Source: Candidatus Woesearchaeota archaeon (GTDB lineage Archaea > Nanobdellota > Nanobdellia > Woesearchaeales > UBA583). From it: a stretch of DNA of 64,000 bases. This document shows, piece after piece, positions 18,701 through 28,729 of the stretch. The position numbers were made by a program, and so were the translations under genes. The stretch spans positions 32,001-96,000 of the forward strand of contig OZ242164.1 of assembly GCA_965205335.1 (NCBI GenBank), in the 5' to 3' direction. The first letter of the stretch is position 1. Every line of letters begins with the position of its first letter. Under the pieces are notes generated by a model. It saw only the letters and a list, made by a program, of their open reading frames with translations. It ran no database searches and was not told the DNA's origin.

Positions 18701-20201
18701 AGCAGGTTTGGATTTCAGGTATGTAAAAAAAGCCGTTTATGATAGAGGTAAATCTCGAAAGAATAGACAAGAAGCTAAAGAAGTAGTAAAAGCATACAAG
18801 GAAGTTAAGAAAAATTATCCAAATAAATCTATTGGGGTAATTGCATTTAGTATGGCTCAAGAAAATGCTATACTAGAAGAATTTAATGTTGCAAACATAG
18901 ACACTAATGGGAAAATTGATTCTCACTCCGAGGACTTATTCATTAAAAATCTTGAAACAGTTCAGGGAGATGAACGAGACATTATCATTCTAAGCATAGG
19001 ATATGGGAAAGATTCTAAAGGCAATCTAAGTTATAACTTTGGGCCAATAAACAAAGAAGGAGGGTACAAGCGTTTAAACGTAGCTGTAACAAGGTCAAGA
19101 TACAAAACAATAGTTATCTCATCACTTGACCCAATAGAACTTGACGATACTAAACTAAATAGCGATGGTCCAAAATACCTTAAAGCATATTTAAGATATG
19201 CAAAAGATAAAAATTTTGAGTTATTTACAGAAGTAACAGAACACTTGGAATTTGATTCATCATTTGAAGAATCGGTATATGATGCACTAAAAAAAGAAGG
19301 ATTTGAGGTGGTAAGCCAAGTTGGTTGTTCAGGATATAGAATAGATTTAGCAATCAAACATCCAGAAAACAAAGGAGACTATGTCTTAGGAGTTGAATGT
19401 GATGGAGCACAATACCATTCATCAAGATTTGCCAGAGATAGAGATAAAGTAAGACAACAAGTTCTTGAAGGTCTTGGGTGGAACATTTACAGAATTTGGT
19501 CGGATGACTGGCTCAAAAATAGAGAATATGAAATTGAATTAATCAAAGACAAAGTAAAATCACTTTCCCAAGAAAAGACAGTATTAAAAACAACTCAACC
19601 TGAGAAATTTGAAGAAGTCGAGAGTGTAAAAGACTTTGAAGAAAAAACACTCAAAGACACATACAATGAGTATGAAATCGCACAATTATCAATAGAAAGA
19701 GTTGATGATTTCTTTGACGTTTATAACTATATTATAAAGGAAAGAATGGTTCGAATTTTAGAAACAGAGTCACCTGTTGAAAGAACCTATTTGTATAAAA
19801 GAGTCATAGCATCGTTTGGAATTCAAAAACTTGGAAAAAGAATTGAAGAAAGATGTGATTATTTAGTAAGAGAATTGTGTCGTGAAACGATTATATTCAT
19901 GAATAAAGAAACAATAGCAATAGACCAAATACAAGATATTTATGATGTAAGAGTTTCAACAGAATCCCAAAGACCATTTGTTCTAATACCAAAAGAGGAA
20001 CTTGCAGGAGCAATATACGATATTCTCAAAAACACATTCAGCATGACAAGAGACACACTTGTAGCAGACGTAGCCAAAGAGATTTTTCATAATCACAGAA
20101 TGGGCGATAAAATCAAAGCAAAAGTAGATGAGGCTCTAAAGCACTTACTCGAAAAGAATCTCATTGTTGAAGAAAAAGGAAAATTCAAGATGAAGAAATA
20201 A
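15687..20201 (+). CDS. DUF4011-SF1 helicase-Vsr-like nuclease-DUF3320 protein (Hhe-like defence protein)
   Basis: WKKKLIDLSKRNNL (DUF4011), GPPGTGKSQT, FDEASQ, VQGDERD, DSSFEE..RIDLA..ECDG..HS..RDRD and a C-terminal wHTH; start may be 15711. Confidence 0.9.
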   Translation: MGWKRKNKMETKQVLKKKSEYWKKKLIDLSKRNNLVSYRFTKSKSIKITEPQISQLLTDLYDEKNIFFAKTKKKELKDRLWRGSEEDEITERKLVSLYHKIRENFQELGINSCFVSLYSLKYKENQRSEDYFSAPLFLFPVNIERLSYTSQEVHKFEIISGSDDLRVNPALVEKLSNDFGIKVPEFNGEIEDFITKFERVISGRDKWKITTDCYLDVFSYQKYIMYTDLEEHQKLLSESELIKGYVGDRNALQDDIAESQRDEFADDTNGVDVLSADSSQKKAIELAKAGVTFVLQGPPGTGKSQTIANMIAALMEQKKKILFVSQKMAALNVVQKKLDDIGLGRYCLNLHNYKGNKKEIVQQLMSELETSPVIKEFVKRYSFTTYIENQKKINTYYDFLCKKHKPRNFSIYDIRGELAKLLDVDLITQELKESLEFTEERFSHSLNIVDKIDHIRKEISNPLNSVYFNFKKEKNTNIQREKLKSSIKELSKGSFVIDKLTFDIKKQTKIEVSNIELLSELSSQHRDFLKIKDLPEFLCDKDFYEYQKLITKLLEAQLQIDESLKLLGESVKDEFLDMNIKKYKVLFESTNVLSRLFNKEYKYAKIELQKYSKTELKHKDWISVFNYREELESKQKIHKKQVESEPKLIMNLGNVSNSNNLSKLNSFVESIKPFHKWATSIDSKKQFNLIKYFFNNKDSLVEVNQFIKLTENLQVFFEIDLFDKKEDLNIIQNNIIQLLDQKNKIDSILIFKQEFYGLSKEIQDFVYKYFEVDPKYSLKDVFLKSYFIQLLDKILANESIQTPKLEIEQFRALDMEIRDIKRFKIMDSVEQDQPSYNYPSKGLNEVSILKREAEKKRRLKPIRDLLEHIPNLVFTLKPCFMMSPLSVSQYINPQSMKFDVVIFDEASQIMPEDAVPCLLRAKQAIVVGDTKQLPPTSFFMNRNDEDIEEEIEDLESFLSECSTKFRTKRLLWHYRSRNEHLIAFSNRFFYENRLITFPNARESDGAGLDFRYVKKAVYDRGKSRKNRQEAKEVVKAYKEVKKNYPNKSIGVIAFSMAQENAILEEFNVANIDTNGKIDSHSEDLFIKNLETVQGDERDIIILSIGYGKDSKGNLSYNFGPINKEGGYKRLNVAVTRSRYKTIVISSLDPIELDDTKLNSDGPKYLKAYLRYAKDKNFELFTEVTEHLEFDSSFEESVYDALKKEGFEVVSQVGCSGYRIDLAIKHPENKGDYVLGVECDGAQYHSSRFARDRDKVRQQVLEGLGWNIYRIWSDDWLKNREYEIELIKDKVKSLSQEKTVLKTTQPEKFEEVESVKDFEEKTLKDTYNEYEIAQLSIERVDDFFDVYNYIIKERMVRILETESPVERTYLYKRVIASFGIQKLGKRIEERCDYLVRELCRETIIFMNKETIAIDQIQDIYDVRVSTESQRPFVLIPKEELAGAIYDILKNTFSMTRDTLVADVAKEIFHNHRMGDKIKAKVDEALKHLLEKNLIVEEKGKFKMKK

Positions 20202-20214
20202 ATAAGGAAGATTT

Positions 20215-20242
20215 GAAAAGTGAGACACAATTCACACTTTTT
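20215..20242 (+). repeat. 28-bp 11-6-11 palindrome, copy 4
   Basis: GAAAAGTGAGA-CACAAT-TCACACTTTTT. Confidence 0.8.
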
Positions 20243-20335
20243 AAGAATGGGATTTGAAAATAGGATGCAAAGAATTAATAATTTTTCTTCAAGCTCAATT
20301 TAATTGTTTCTTCTTTGCAAAGCGAACACATATAA

Positions 20336-20779
20336 ATGATATTGAAAATTGATATTAGTATGAGTTTTAAGAAACCAAAATATTACTTTGATACAAATAT
20401 TTTTTTGAATTTTTTGCTAAATGAAAAAAACTTTTTTGGAAAAAATATAGGAACAAGAGCATATAACTCCTTTTTAAATAGTATCTCATGTAAATTTCAT
20501 ATAATTATTTCTTCATGGACATTATTTGAGTTAAAGAAAAAAGTTTCACATAATGAAATCAAAAATCTAATGTCATTATTAGAACCTAAAGTAATTACTA
20601 TAAGACATACTAAAGATGATGTGAAAGAAGCCAAAGGAGAATGCCCTGATCATTATGAAGATTACTTACATTTAATTCTCGCAAGAAAATCTGAAGCTGA
20701 TGCAATAATCACAAGAGATGTAGGATTTAGAGAATATGAAGATTTAATTAAGATTAAACTCCCTGAACAAATCTCCTGA
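20336..20779 (+). CDS. PIN-domain (VapC-like) protein
   Basis: YYFDTNIF, E, DYLHL and IITRD motifs. Confidence 0.9.
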   Translation: MILKIDISMSFKKPKYYFDTNIFLNFLLNEKNFFGKNIGTRAYNSFLNSISCKFHIIISSWTLFELKKKVSHNEIKNLMSLLEPKVITIRHTKDDVKEAKGECPDHYEDYLHLILARKSEADAIITRDVGFREYEDLIKIKLPEQIS

Positions 20780-21859
20780 ATTTTCATTCAAACTTTCATT
20801 CAGTAACTCTTTATTGCTTTTTGTATTCTCTAACTTTTTTCCAGAACCCTGAAGTTTTTTCAATTCAGAATCTGGATATTTATTAAATATTTCAGTTATC
20901 TCCTCTAAAATTGAAAAATTATTTAATAGGTTTTCTTTTTGTTTTTTTATTTCAGGTTCAAAACATTTATTTAGGATCTCCTTCTCGTACATCCTTTTCA
21001 AATCATTCTTATAATAATTCATTGCAACTAATTTCCACATCTCTTTAAACGTTTCAATTATTTCTTCTTTTGCTTCTAAAACTAAATCATTTGAAGTATT
21101 CTTTAATTCATACATTAAGCCTAGAAATTCATTTAAATATTGAATTGTATTTACGTCTATATTATCTTTAAACAAGAAAGAAATTAGTTTCTTAACATTA
21201 CCTATTAATTCTTTACTAATAAAAGGGCTATTATAATAGAAATTATCTAGTATTTCTTCTTTCATTAAATAGGATTTTTTGTCAAATTCTTTATATTGAA
21301 ATTTTTTCAAATCTCTAATTTTATTAAATTCCTTATATTTTGTAATAATTTCAATTATTTTATCTTTAGTTTCCTTTTCAATAACAAATTGTTTTTTATA
21401 CTCAATCTCTGTTTCATAAATTACAACAGAATTTAAACCATATAGATACCAACCTATTGGAAGTCCAAGATTTAAATCATAATTTAATTTTGCCAATACT
21501 TTATATAACTGAGTAATTGTTGGATTCTTTCCAGTTTCTTTATTCCACAATTCTTTAATATAAGAAAAGTAAGTATGAATTTTTTCTTTATCTTCATTAT
21601 TTATTGGTAAATTAAAATACGTGTCATAAGTTATATAATTGGTGTTTTTTGCAATAGGGTTTGGGTTAATTAGATAGTAATCTCTTTCTCCCCTCTTATC
21701 TTTAATTACAATTCCCAATTCTGAAAGCCTCTCAAGAGCATTCTTCGTACTTTCCCAACTTGTCTTTGCATCTTTTGAAATCTCTAAAATATTTTTAGGT
21801 TCTGCAGATAAAGAATCTAATATGCTTTTCAAAAACTCAAGTGAGTCTTTTTTCACCAT
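20744..21859 (-). CDS. wHTH protein with a SocA/DUF4065-like domain
   Basis: N-terminal wHTH; TQLYKVL...GWYLYG motif; convergent with the PIN gene. Confidence 0.55.
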   Translation of the reverse strand: MVKKDSLEFLKSILDSLSAEPKNILEISKDAKTSWESTKNALERLSELGIVIKDKRGERDYYLINPNPIAKNTNYITYDTYFNLPINNEDKEKIHTYFSYIKELWNKETGKNPTITQLYKVLAKLNYDLNLGLPIGWYLYGLNSVVIYETEIEYKKQFVIEKETKDKIIEIITKYKEFNKIRDLKKFQYKEFDKKSYLMKEEILDNFYYNSPFISKELIGNVKKLISFLFKDNIDVNTIQYLNEFLGLMYELKNTSNDLVLEAKEEIIETFKEMWKLVAMNYYKNDLKRMYEKEILNKCFEPEIKKQKENLLNNFSILEEITEIFNKYPDSELKKLQGSGKKLENTKSNKELLNESLNENSGDLFREFNLN

Positions 21860-21957
21860 AACTATTAATTAATTTCAATTTATTTAAATACTTTGTTATA
21901 ATTTTAAAGTAGTTTAGATTTTTAAATATGATTTCTTTATTATTTTGAGTTTTACTT

Positions 21958-22269
21958 ATGATTTTTACAAATGTTTATAAATTAGTGTGGGTTTACTTTA
22001 TATATATTAAGATGAAAAGAAATATAAAAATACAAACTTGGGCAAGTTACACACTTCATAATCTTAAAATTAAATTGGGTTTTAATGATTATAATGGAAC
22101 TATGGGATATTTGATGTTTTGCAAAGATAAGTTGGGAGAGTTATTAAATTCGGAGGATGGAGCTGACCCTGATCTTATTACAAAACTTTGGTATAAAAAT
22201 CTATACAAACCTGAATTAAATCATGATTTTTTTGGGAAGAAAATTAGGAGGAAGATTAAAAATAAGTGA
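21958..22269 (+). CDS. Hypothetical protein
   Basis: ORF; likely start at MKRNIKIQ. Confidence 0.4.
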   Translation: MIFTNVYKLVWVYFIYIKMKRNIKIQTWASYTLHNLKIKLGFNDYNGTMGYLMFCKDKLGELLNSEDGADPDLITKLWYKNLYKPELNHDFFGKKIRRKIKNK

Positions 22270-22379
22270 CCAAATTAATGTTACAGAAGATATAAGATAA
22301 ATAGTTTAAGTATGAAAGTTTTAAAAGAACTTTAATCTTTTAATTCCTTTGAAAGAAATTATATCTGATTTAATACAAT

Positions 22380-22456
22380 ACAAGAAAGAAATTATTCCTC
22401 AAAAATTACTTTATTTATATAATATTTTAAGTTCTTTTGAATTTATGGACAGAGCC
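22380..22456. mobile_element. MITE right-half copy
   Basis: ...aaaattactttatttatataatattttaagttcttttgaatttatggacagagcc. Confidence 0.8.
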
Positions 22457-22567
22457 ATCACACCAGCAGTTTTATAAATAAATATTTATATAATATAATA
22501 ATGGGAGAAATGATTTCTATTACTAAAAATGAATATAAAGAGTACTTAGAACTTAAAAAAGAGAGAG

Positions 22568-22846
22568 ATGAGGCAATTAAACAGGGAATTAAGACAAGAA
22601 CTCAAAGAAGAGAAGGAAGAGAATAGGAAACTTAATAAGATCCTACAAGAAAGGGAAACGTTAGCAAGTGTTAGCACTAACAAAACCACTAACAGAGCTA
22701 ACAAAAAACTAACACAAAAACAGGCTAAAATCTTAAAACTTTTTCAAAGGGGGAAGACCACAAGACAGATAGCAAAAGAACTTAAAATAAGTGAGGTTGT
22801 AGTGAGACAACACAAACACAAAATTAAAACTAAAGGATACAAATAA
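22568..22846 (+). CDS. LuxR-type HTH protein
   Basis: LTQKQAKILKL..GKTTRQIAKELKISEVVVRQH. Confidence 0.75.
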   Translation: MRQLNRELRQELKEEKEENRKLNKILQERETLASVSTNKTTNRANKKLTQKQAKILKLFQRGKTTRQIAKELKISEVVVRQHKHKIKTKGYK

Positions 22847-23053
22847 TTACATAATCATTACATAACTATTACATAATGACAGAAAATGCTATAAATATAA
22901 GGAAGAGATATAAATTATGTAATCATTGCCTAATATTGAAAAAATGCAATATATATATATAAGGAAAATTCATAAATTAGGTAATGAGTAAATCTGCAAC
23001 AGTAGAAATTTTTAAAGATAGATTTATATAGTTTAAGTTGTTACTACTATATT

Positions 23054-23971
23054 ATGGATAAAAAATTAAAATGTCTTGCAATTATGTTAATAATAACTAT
23101 TGTAATTCTTGGGATTCTTATATTATTTATTTACTCTGATCCAGATCCTTATGATAAACCAAAAACAAACTTCATAGATAAAAAAGAAGTTGAGATTGTA
23201 AGCATTTATGTTTTAGAGGAGAATCCTAAATTTAATTCTAATAAACAAATTTGGAGTATTTACCCAATTGAGAGAAGAGACAGGAGAAGGCAAAACCACC
23301 ACCCAATAAATCAGGAAGAGGAAGAAGAGCTTGTTGAAGAGCAAGAGCAACAAGAAGAATTAGAAGAAGAACAGGAAGAGGAAACAGTTATTGAAGAAGT
23401 AATTGAGGAAATAGTTGTTGAAGAGACAGTTGAGGAAGAAGAGCTTATTGAAGAGCAACAGGAAGAGGAGCTTGTTGAAGAGACAGTTGAGGAAGAAGAA
23501 CTTATTGAAGAGCAACAGGAAGAGGAGCTTGTTGAAGAAGAGGAAGTTGTTGAGGAAACTGAGGAAGTAATTGAAGAAACAGTTGTTGAAGAGGAAGAGG
23601 AAACAGTTATTGAAGAAGAGGTTGAGGAAGAAGTAATTGAAGAAACACAGGAAGAAGAAGTTGTTGAAGAGCAACAAGAAGAATTAGAAGAAGAACAGGA
23701 AGAGGTTGAGGAAATAGATATACATAAATTATGGAGTTTACAAGTAGCCTCTGAGATTTATCTTGAAAATCTGGCAGAGATTAACTTCCACAAACAAGAA
23801 ATAGAAAAAATTGAGAATGATACAACCTTAACTTTCAGAGAAAAGAGATTACTCTGGGGTCCCCATTATGGTTTAATTTCAGGTTATCAAAGGAGTATTA
23901 GAATAAATTTGAAGTCGTATAATGTGACAGTTAAAGAAGTTAGACAGTATTTGAATTTAACTACTTCCTAA
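23054..23971 (+). CDS. Membrane-anchored Glu-rich protein, copy 1
   Basis: N-terminal TM, long E/V/Q/T low-complexity stalk, conserved C-terminal domain. Confidence 0.8.
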   Translation: MDKKLKCLAIMLIITIVILGILILFIYSDPDPYDKPKTNFIDKKEVEIVSIYVLEENPKFNSNKQIWSIYPIERRDRRRQNHHPINQEEEEELVEEQEQQEELEEEQEEETVIEEVIEEIVVEETVEEEELIEEQQEEELVEETVEEEELIEEQQEEELVEEEEVVEETEEVIEETVVEEEEETVIEEEVEEEVIEETQEEEVVEEQQEELEEEQEEVEEIDIHKLWSLQVASEIYLENLAEINFHKQEIEKIENDTTLTFREKRLLWGPHYGLISGYQRSIRINLKSYNVTVKEVRQYLNLTTS

Positions 23972-24357
23972 AAGACTTAAAAAAGTGTAAAAACACAAAA
24001 GTTTATAAATATCCAAAGAGATAAAATAACAGGTTCAAAAAAAATAAAATTAGATTTATTTATACAATTAAGTTTGAATATGTTTTAATTTTTGGTGTTG
24101 AATATGATGGAGTTGTTAATATCCTAAAAGTTAAACAAAATTACAAATCTGGTAACAGAAATTATCTTAATCAACAAAGAAATTTGAAGAATTTAAAAAA
24201 AGATTTTAAAGATGATTTATTCTAAAAAATGACTTTATTCTATTAAATTATTAAATTTCTTTCAGAACTTTTAAACCTAAATCAGTTATTTTATCTCTCA
24301 AAAGAAACATAATTAGAATGTTCTTTCATATATTCTCTTGAATTTATAGACAGAGCC

Positions 24358-24562
24358 TATTAGTAATTATCTAATATCTTATCTTGCTAATTGTTGTAGT
24401 TAATTGGTAGATCTTTAACTTCCGAATATTTCTCTATTTCTTTTAAAAATTTACTCTCTTTTGATTTCATAGTATAAATAGTTAGTTCTTCTTTTGCTCT
24501 TGTTAAAGCCACATAAAACAATCTTCTCTCCTCTTTTTCTCCTTCAAAACTATTTAAGGTTG
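24358..24562 (-). pseudogene. Duplicated 3' end of the UvrD-like helicase gene next to a MITE right end (ends 24357)
   Basis: Near-identical to 35907-36112 (EERRLFYVALTRAK). Confidence 0.85.
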
Positions 24563-24768
24563 GGTAATTTACAACACACATAAAATAGATTTATAATTAG
24601 AAGATGCCACATATTATAGTAAGTGAAAAGTAATAATAAGACGAAAATTAATAAAAATGGATATCTCGTGTTTACAGACAGTGGTAGACTTGTTCATCGT
24701 TGGGCAATGGAGAAGAAATTAGAAAGAAAATTAAAGAAAAAAGCATATACTAGAAAAGATTTAGGATT

Positions 24769-25116
24769 TTAATTATTTCTTTTTAAGTTCTTTTTCATCC
24801 TATTAATGTCTTTCTGTTGTTGACCACTCTTCCCAGATTTATGGGATATGTGAATTTCTATAATTGTTATTGATAGAATTATTAATCTATCTCTTTTCAA
24901 TAAATAATATATTCTTATTTTCCCAACAGGTAACTCACAAAACATATCCTCTCCATCTACATTGATGATATGTGATTTCTTCCTTGGGATAGGATTATTA
25001 TATAATCCATCCAATTTTTTAGTGCATATGTCTTGTGTTTTTTTATCTAACTTTAGAAAAACTTTCTTTGCTTTCTTCTCAAATGTGTAAGGTTTTTTTA
25101 TAGTATAAGAAGGCAT
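24769..25116 (-). CDS. RelE/ParE-like toxin
   Basis: FEKKAKKVFLKL..NNPIP..CELPVGKIRIYY. Confidence 0.7.
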   Translation of the reverse strand: MPSYTIKKPYTFEKKAKKVFLKLDKKTQDICTKKLDGLYNNPIPRKKSHIINVDGEDMFCELPVGKIRIYYLLKRDRLIILSITIIEIHISHKSGKSGQQQKDINRMKKNLKRNN

Positions 25117-25118
25117 TT

Positions 25119-25262
25119 TTAATGATTCTTCAGATAATTAGCCAACTTCTCTCCCGATTTGAAAGCAGAACGTGGAACATCAACGCCTTCAATTTTCTTA
25201 AACTTTCCTTTTAAAAATTGTTTGTTTAATCTTGCTCTTACTTCTTTTAATGTCTCCGCCAT
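25119..25262 (-). CDS. Small putative antitoxin
   Basis: 47-aa ORF MAETLKEVRARLNKQF... ending 2 nt before the toxin ATG. Confidence 0.5.
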   Translation of the reverse strand: MAETLKEVRARLNKQFLKGKFKKIEGVDVPRSAFKSGEKLANYLKNH

Positions 25263-25630
25263 AAATACATACGTATTTATTTATTTATAATACTTATGAT
25301 TTGTTGAATTGTCAACTTAAAGGGGTTTATTTTCGGAATCAATAGTCTAATATTACACAAAAGGTTTGATACATCATTTTTCCCATAAGGCTCTTTTCTT
25401 AAATTCTCCGTCATATTTTTTTATGAATTTTTCAACCTTAAGAATAGTGTTTTAATGGATCTCTCAATTAAACCTAATTGATAAAATATTTTAATAATTG
25501 TTTAAGTTTCCTCTCTATCCAATTTGAAAACTTGACTTAAATCTTTTCTTGTGATGTATCCTTTCAATTTTTCTCTCTGCCATAAATTATTTATTTGTCT
25601 CACTTTTCTAATTATATTATATTTTGAGAC

Positions 25631-26002
25631 TTAATAATCTTTTCTTTGTTTAATATGTGATGTTAGCCCTGTAAGACTATCAGTTATAACTCCTGATTTA
25701 AGATTGCATTCTTGATCAAACTCACCTTTTATAATAAATAAATCTCTTCTTGGGAAGTCTTGAATTAATATTACTTTTTTAAGCTCATCGTTCTTATCAT
25801 ATTCTACATTTTTGATGATGTTAGTTTGATTCTTGCATATTATTTTTTTGGTTATTGTTTTTTCTGTTTGTGTCTCTCTCTTACCCTCTTGGTAATCCAA
25901 ATAAAAACACCCTAACAAAAGGATCACAACCATTAATAATATTATTTGGTATCTGATTTTTGTTTTTTTCCACGTTCTAAACTCTGTAAAATCCTTTTCC
26001 AT
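25631..26002 (-). CDS. Single-TM hypothetical protein (duplicate of 7340-7711)
   Basis: Identical except for the first few residues. Confidence 0.75.
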   Translation of the reverse strand: MEKDFTEFRTWKKTKIRYQIILLMVVILLLGCFYLDYQEGKRETQTEKTITKKIICKNQTNIIKNVEYDKNDELKKVILIQDFPRRDLFIIKGEFDQECNLKSGVITDSLTGLTSHIKQRKDY

Positions 26003-26249
26003 TATACATTATACCCCTTTGTTTTAATTCTTTTAGCATAAACTCTTATCTCTCTCATATTCTTATTTAATTTTTGGGAGATCTCCCAAACTTCTTTATT
26101 ATATCTATCACGTATATCTTTTAATTTTTTTCTATCATTTGGAATCATTTTTTTTCCTTATTAAATATCTTTTCTAAGTATGAATATATATTTCCTAAGT
26201 GTTCTCTTAGTTCCATAATGATTATTTAAAATCCTATCTTTATTTAAAT

Positions 26250-26825
26250 CTATCTTATGTCCTCATATATTTTATTTCTATCTTTATCGCAAACTGTTAT
26301 TTTTCCATCTTCATGATAAATAATTGTTAATTCTCCCTCTATTAATTCTCCCTCCTTAAATATTCCTTGTTTTATCATTTTATTTCTATCTTTATCATAA
26401 TATATTATTTTTCCATCTGTTAATTTTTCCTGTTCATTAAATTCACCTTGTTGTATTATTTTATCTCCATTTTCAAGAGAGAAATTTCTTTTACCTGATT
26501 CAATTAAACCCAAATCAAAAAACCCTTCATCAACAATCTTAATTTTTTAATTTTCATAAAGTGTTCTTTTTCCTTCATTAAGACACCCATCAAAAAATCC
26601 TTCTTCTATCACCATATTCCCTTTCTCATTTATATTATATAATGTTCTTTTTCCTTCCCTTATAGTTCCATCTTCAATTCTTCCTTCTTGTATTTCTGTT
26701 ATTTCCTCATTCTCATCATAAAATATCATTTTTCCTTTTGTTAAGTTTCCATATTTATTAAATGTTCCTTTATGTTTTTGTTTTATGTTTCCATTTCTGT
26801 AGTAAAATGTTTTTGTTTCTACCAT
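26250..26825 (-). pseudogene. MORN-like repeat protein split into two ORFs
   Basis: FYY.NGNIK, G.F..G.L.EGK...Y repeats in both 26547-26825 and 26250-26513; a related fragment lies at ~45440-45570. Confidence 0.55.
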
Positions 26826-26991
26826 ATTTTATCTATTATTTATCTCTTTAAATATTTTTTTCAATCGATTTTCTAATTCTTTTTTTAAGTTTAACATAAA
26901 AATAATATTTCAATAGAGTTTATATAATTTTTTAGAAAAGAAATATTAACTTCTGGACAGAGCCTATAGGAAGTAAGTTTTATAAGATAAT

Positions 26992-28343
26992 TTGAGTTGT
27001 TTTATATTGATGACATTCAATATAGACAAAATGGATGGTTATGATTTTGAAGATTTAGTTTCAAGAATTATGAAGAAAAAAGGATATAAGGATGTTAAAG
27101 TTACTAAAAAGAGTGGTGATGAAGGTAAGGATATTATTATGAAACAACCAGAAGGAGGCATTGTTGTAGTAGAATGTAAAAAATATAAAGGTAGTGTGGG
27201 AAGACCAGTTATCCAAAAATTACAGGGAGCAATGGAACATGAAAGAAAGAGACATTCTGGAGATGATTTGTTTGGAATTGTTGTTACATCTGGTTCTTTT
27301 TCTAATCAAGCAATTGAATATAGTAAGGAATTTAAAGATAGTATTGAATTGATAGATGGAAAGAAATTAAGAGATTTATGTAAGAATCTGAATATTAATG
27401 TCTTAAATAGTGGAGTTCAGATTTTAACTAATGATGGTTTTGAATACATAAATAATAATGAAGCAGTTAGTTTTACTATAGAGAATTATTCAAAAATTTA
27501 TGGTAATGAAAATCATAAACCAAAAGTAGGGACAGATTTGAGTTTTAAGCCGGTATATTTTGCTAAAGTTAAAGTAGAATTTGATACTTATACAAGTGTA
27601 GGTTGTATAGATGAGTATTGTGAAAGTAGTGAATATATTATTGATGGAGTTACTAAAAATTTTTTAAGTCCTAATCTAAAAGATTTTTTTTCTCAAAGAG
27701 TGAAACAATTAGTGAAATTGAAAGTAAATATGATAGAAAAAAAGTGCCATATGAGTTTTCTGAGAATGAAGCAGAAAAATTAATAATTGATGTCTCAATA
27801 GAGACTCATACCCACATAGCAGGTTATACAGGTAGAAACAATCAGAATTATTCAAAAGAATGTGTCCCCAAAAAAGATAATATTGATATTATTACCTCTT
27901 TACCAATCTATATGCCTTATCGTTCAAATCATATGAAGATTCTAAATATGAAATATGATCAAGAATTTTATAATAAAGGTTTAGACACATTATATGTGAG
28001 TGATGAATTACTTGAATGTAAGATATGTGAAAACGGATACAGTGAATACATGAAATTGAGTTTGTGTATAAAATGTGCTAGAATAGTATGTAGAAGGCAC
28101 ATAAAGATTGATTATTTGGATAAGACTACTCCAATATGCACTATTCATGCAATAAAATTCAAATTGTGGTTAGAAACTAAATATTTCTCATTTAATAAGA
28201 ATAAAAAGAAATATGAAGTGTGGTATAATGAACGTAATTTTTTTGAGAAATTATATGAGGATAAAATTGTATTTTATATTTCAATTGGAGGAGGAATCTT
28301 TATGTTCATTATAATTTTAATATGGTTAGGTAATATGTTCTAA
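26992..28343 (+). pseudogene. Mrr-family endonuclease with Zn-finger and C-terminal TM, split by a frameshift in a T8 run
   Basis: FEDLV..GDEGKDI..VECKKY..LIDG (Mrr); one extra T at 27684-27691 fuses 26992-27783 with 27744-28343. Confidence 0.75.
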
Positions 28344-28659
28344 TCCCAATATATTCAATTAATTTCCATTCTTCAAATTTACATCAATAACAACTCTGTA
28401 ATTAATGGGAATAATTCTTGCTTTGTTTTTAAGTTGATTAAAAGTTTTAAGTATAATTCTCAAATCTTCATTTGATAAATCCTCTTCAACTAATTCTAAG
28501 AATCTTGATTCCTTTCTTTTTGTGAATATCGAAAGAAGCTTTTCAACATTGCTTAATCTCCTATTAAATTATTAAAGTTCTTTCAACATTTTTAAACCTA
28601 AATCAGTCATTTTATATCTACGACAATTTCCAGATTTAAGATTTATATATTCAACTAAA

Positions 28660-28727
28660 TTTATTTTTGTCAAGAATTGCTTTATTTATATAGTATTTTA
28701 AGTTCTCTTGAATTTCCGGACAGAGTC
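28660..28727. mobile_element. MITE right-half copy
   Basis: ...taagttctcttgaatttccggacagagtc. Confidence 0.8.
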
Positions 28728-28729
28728 TA

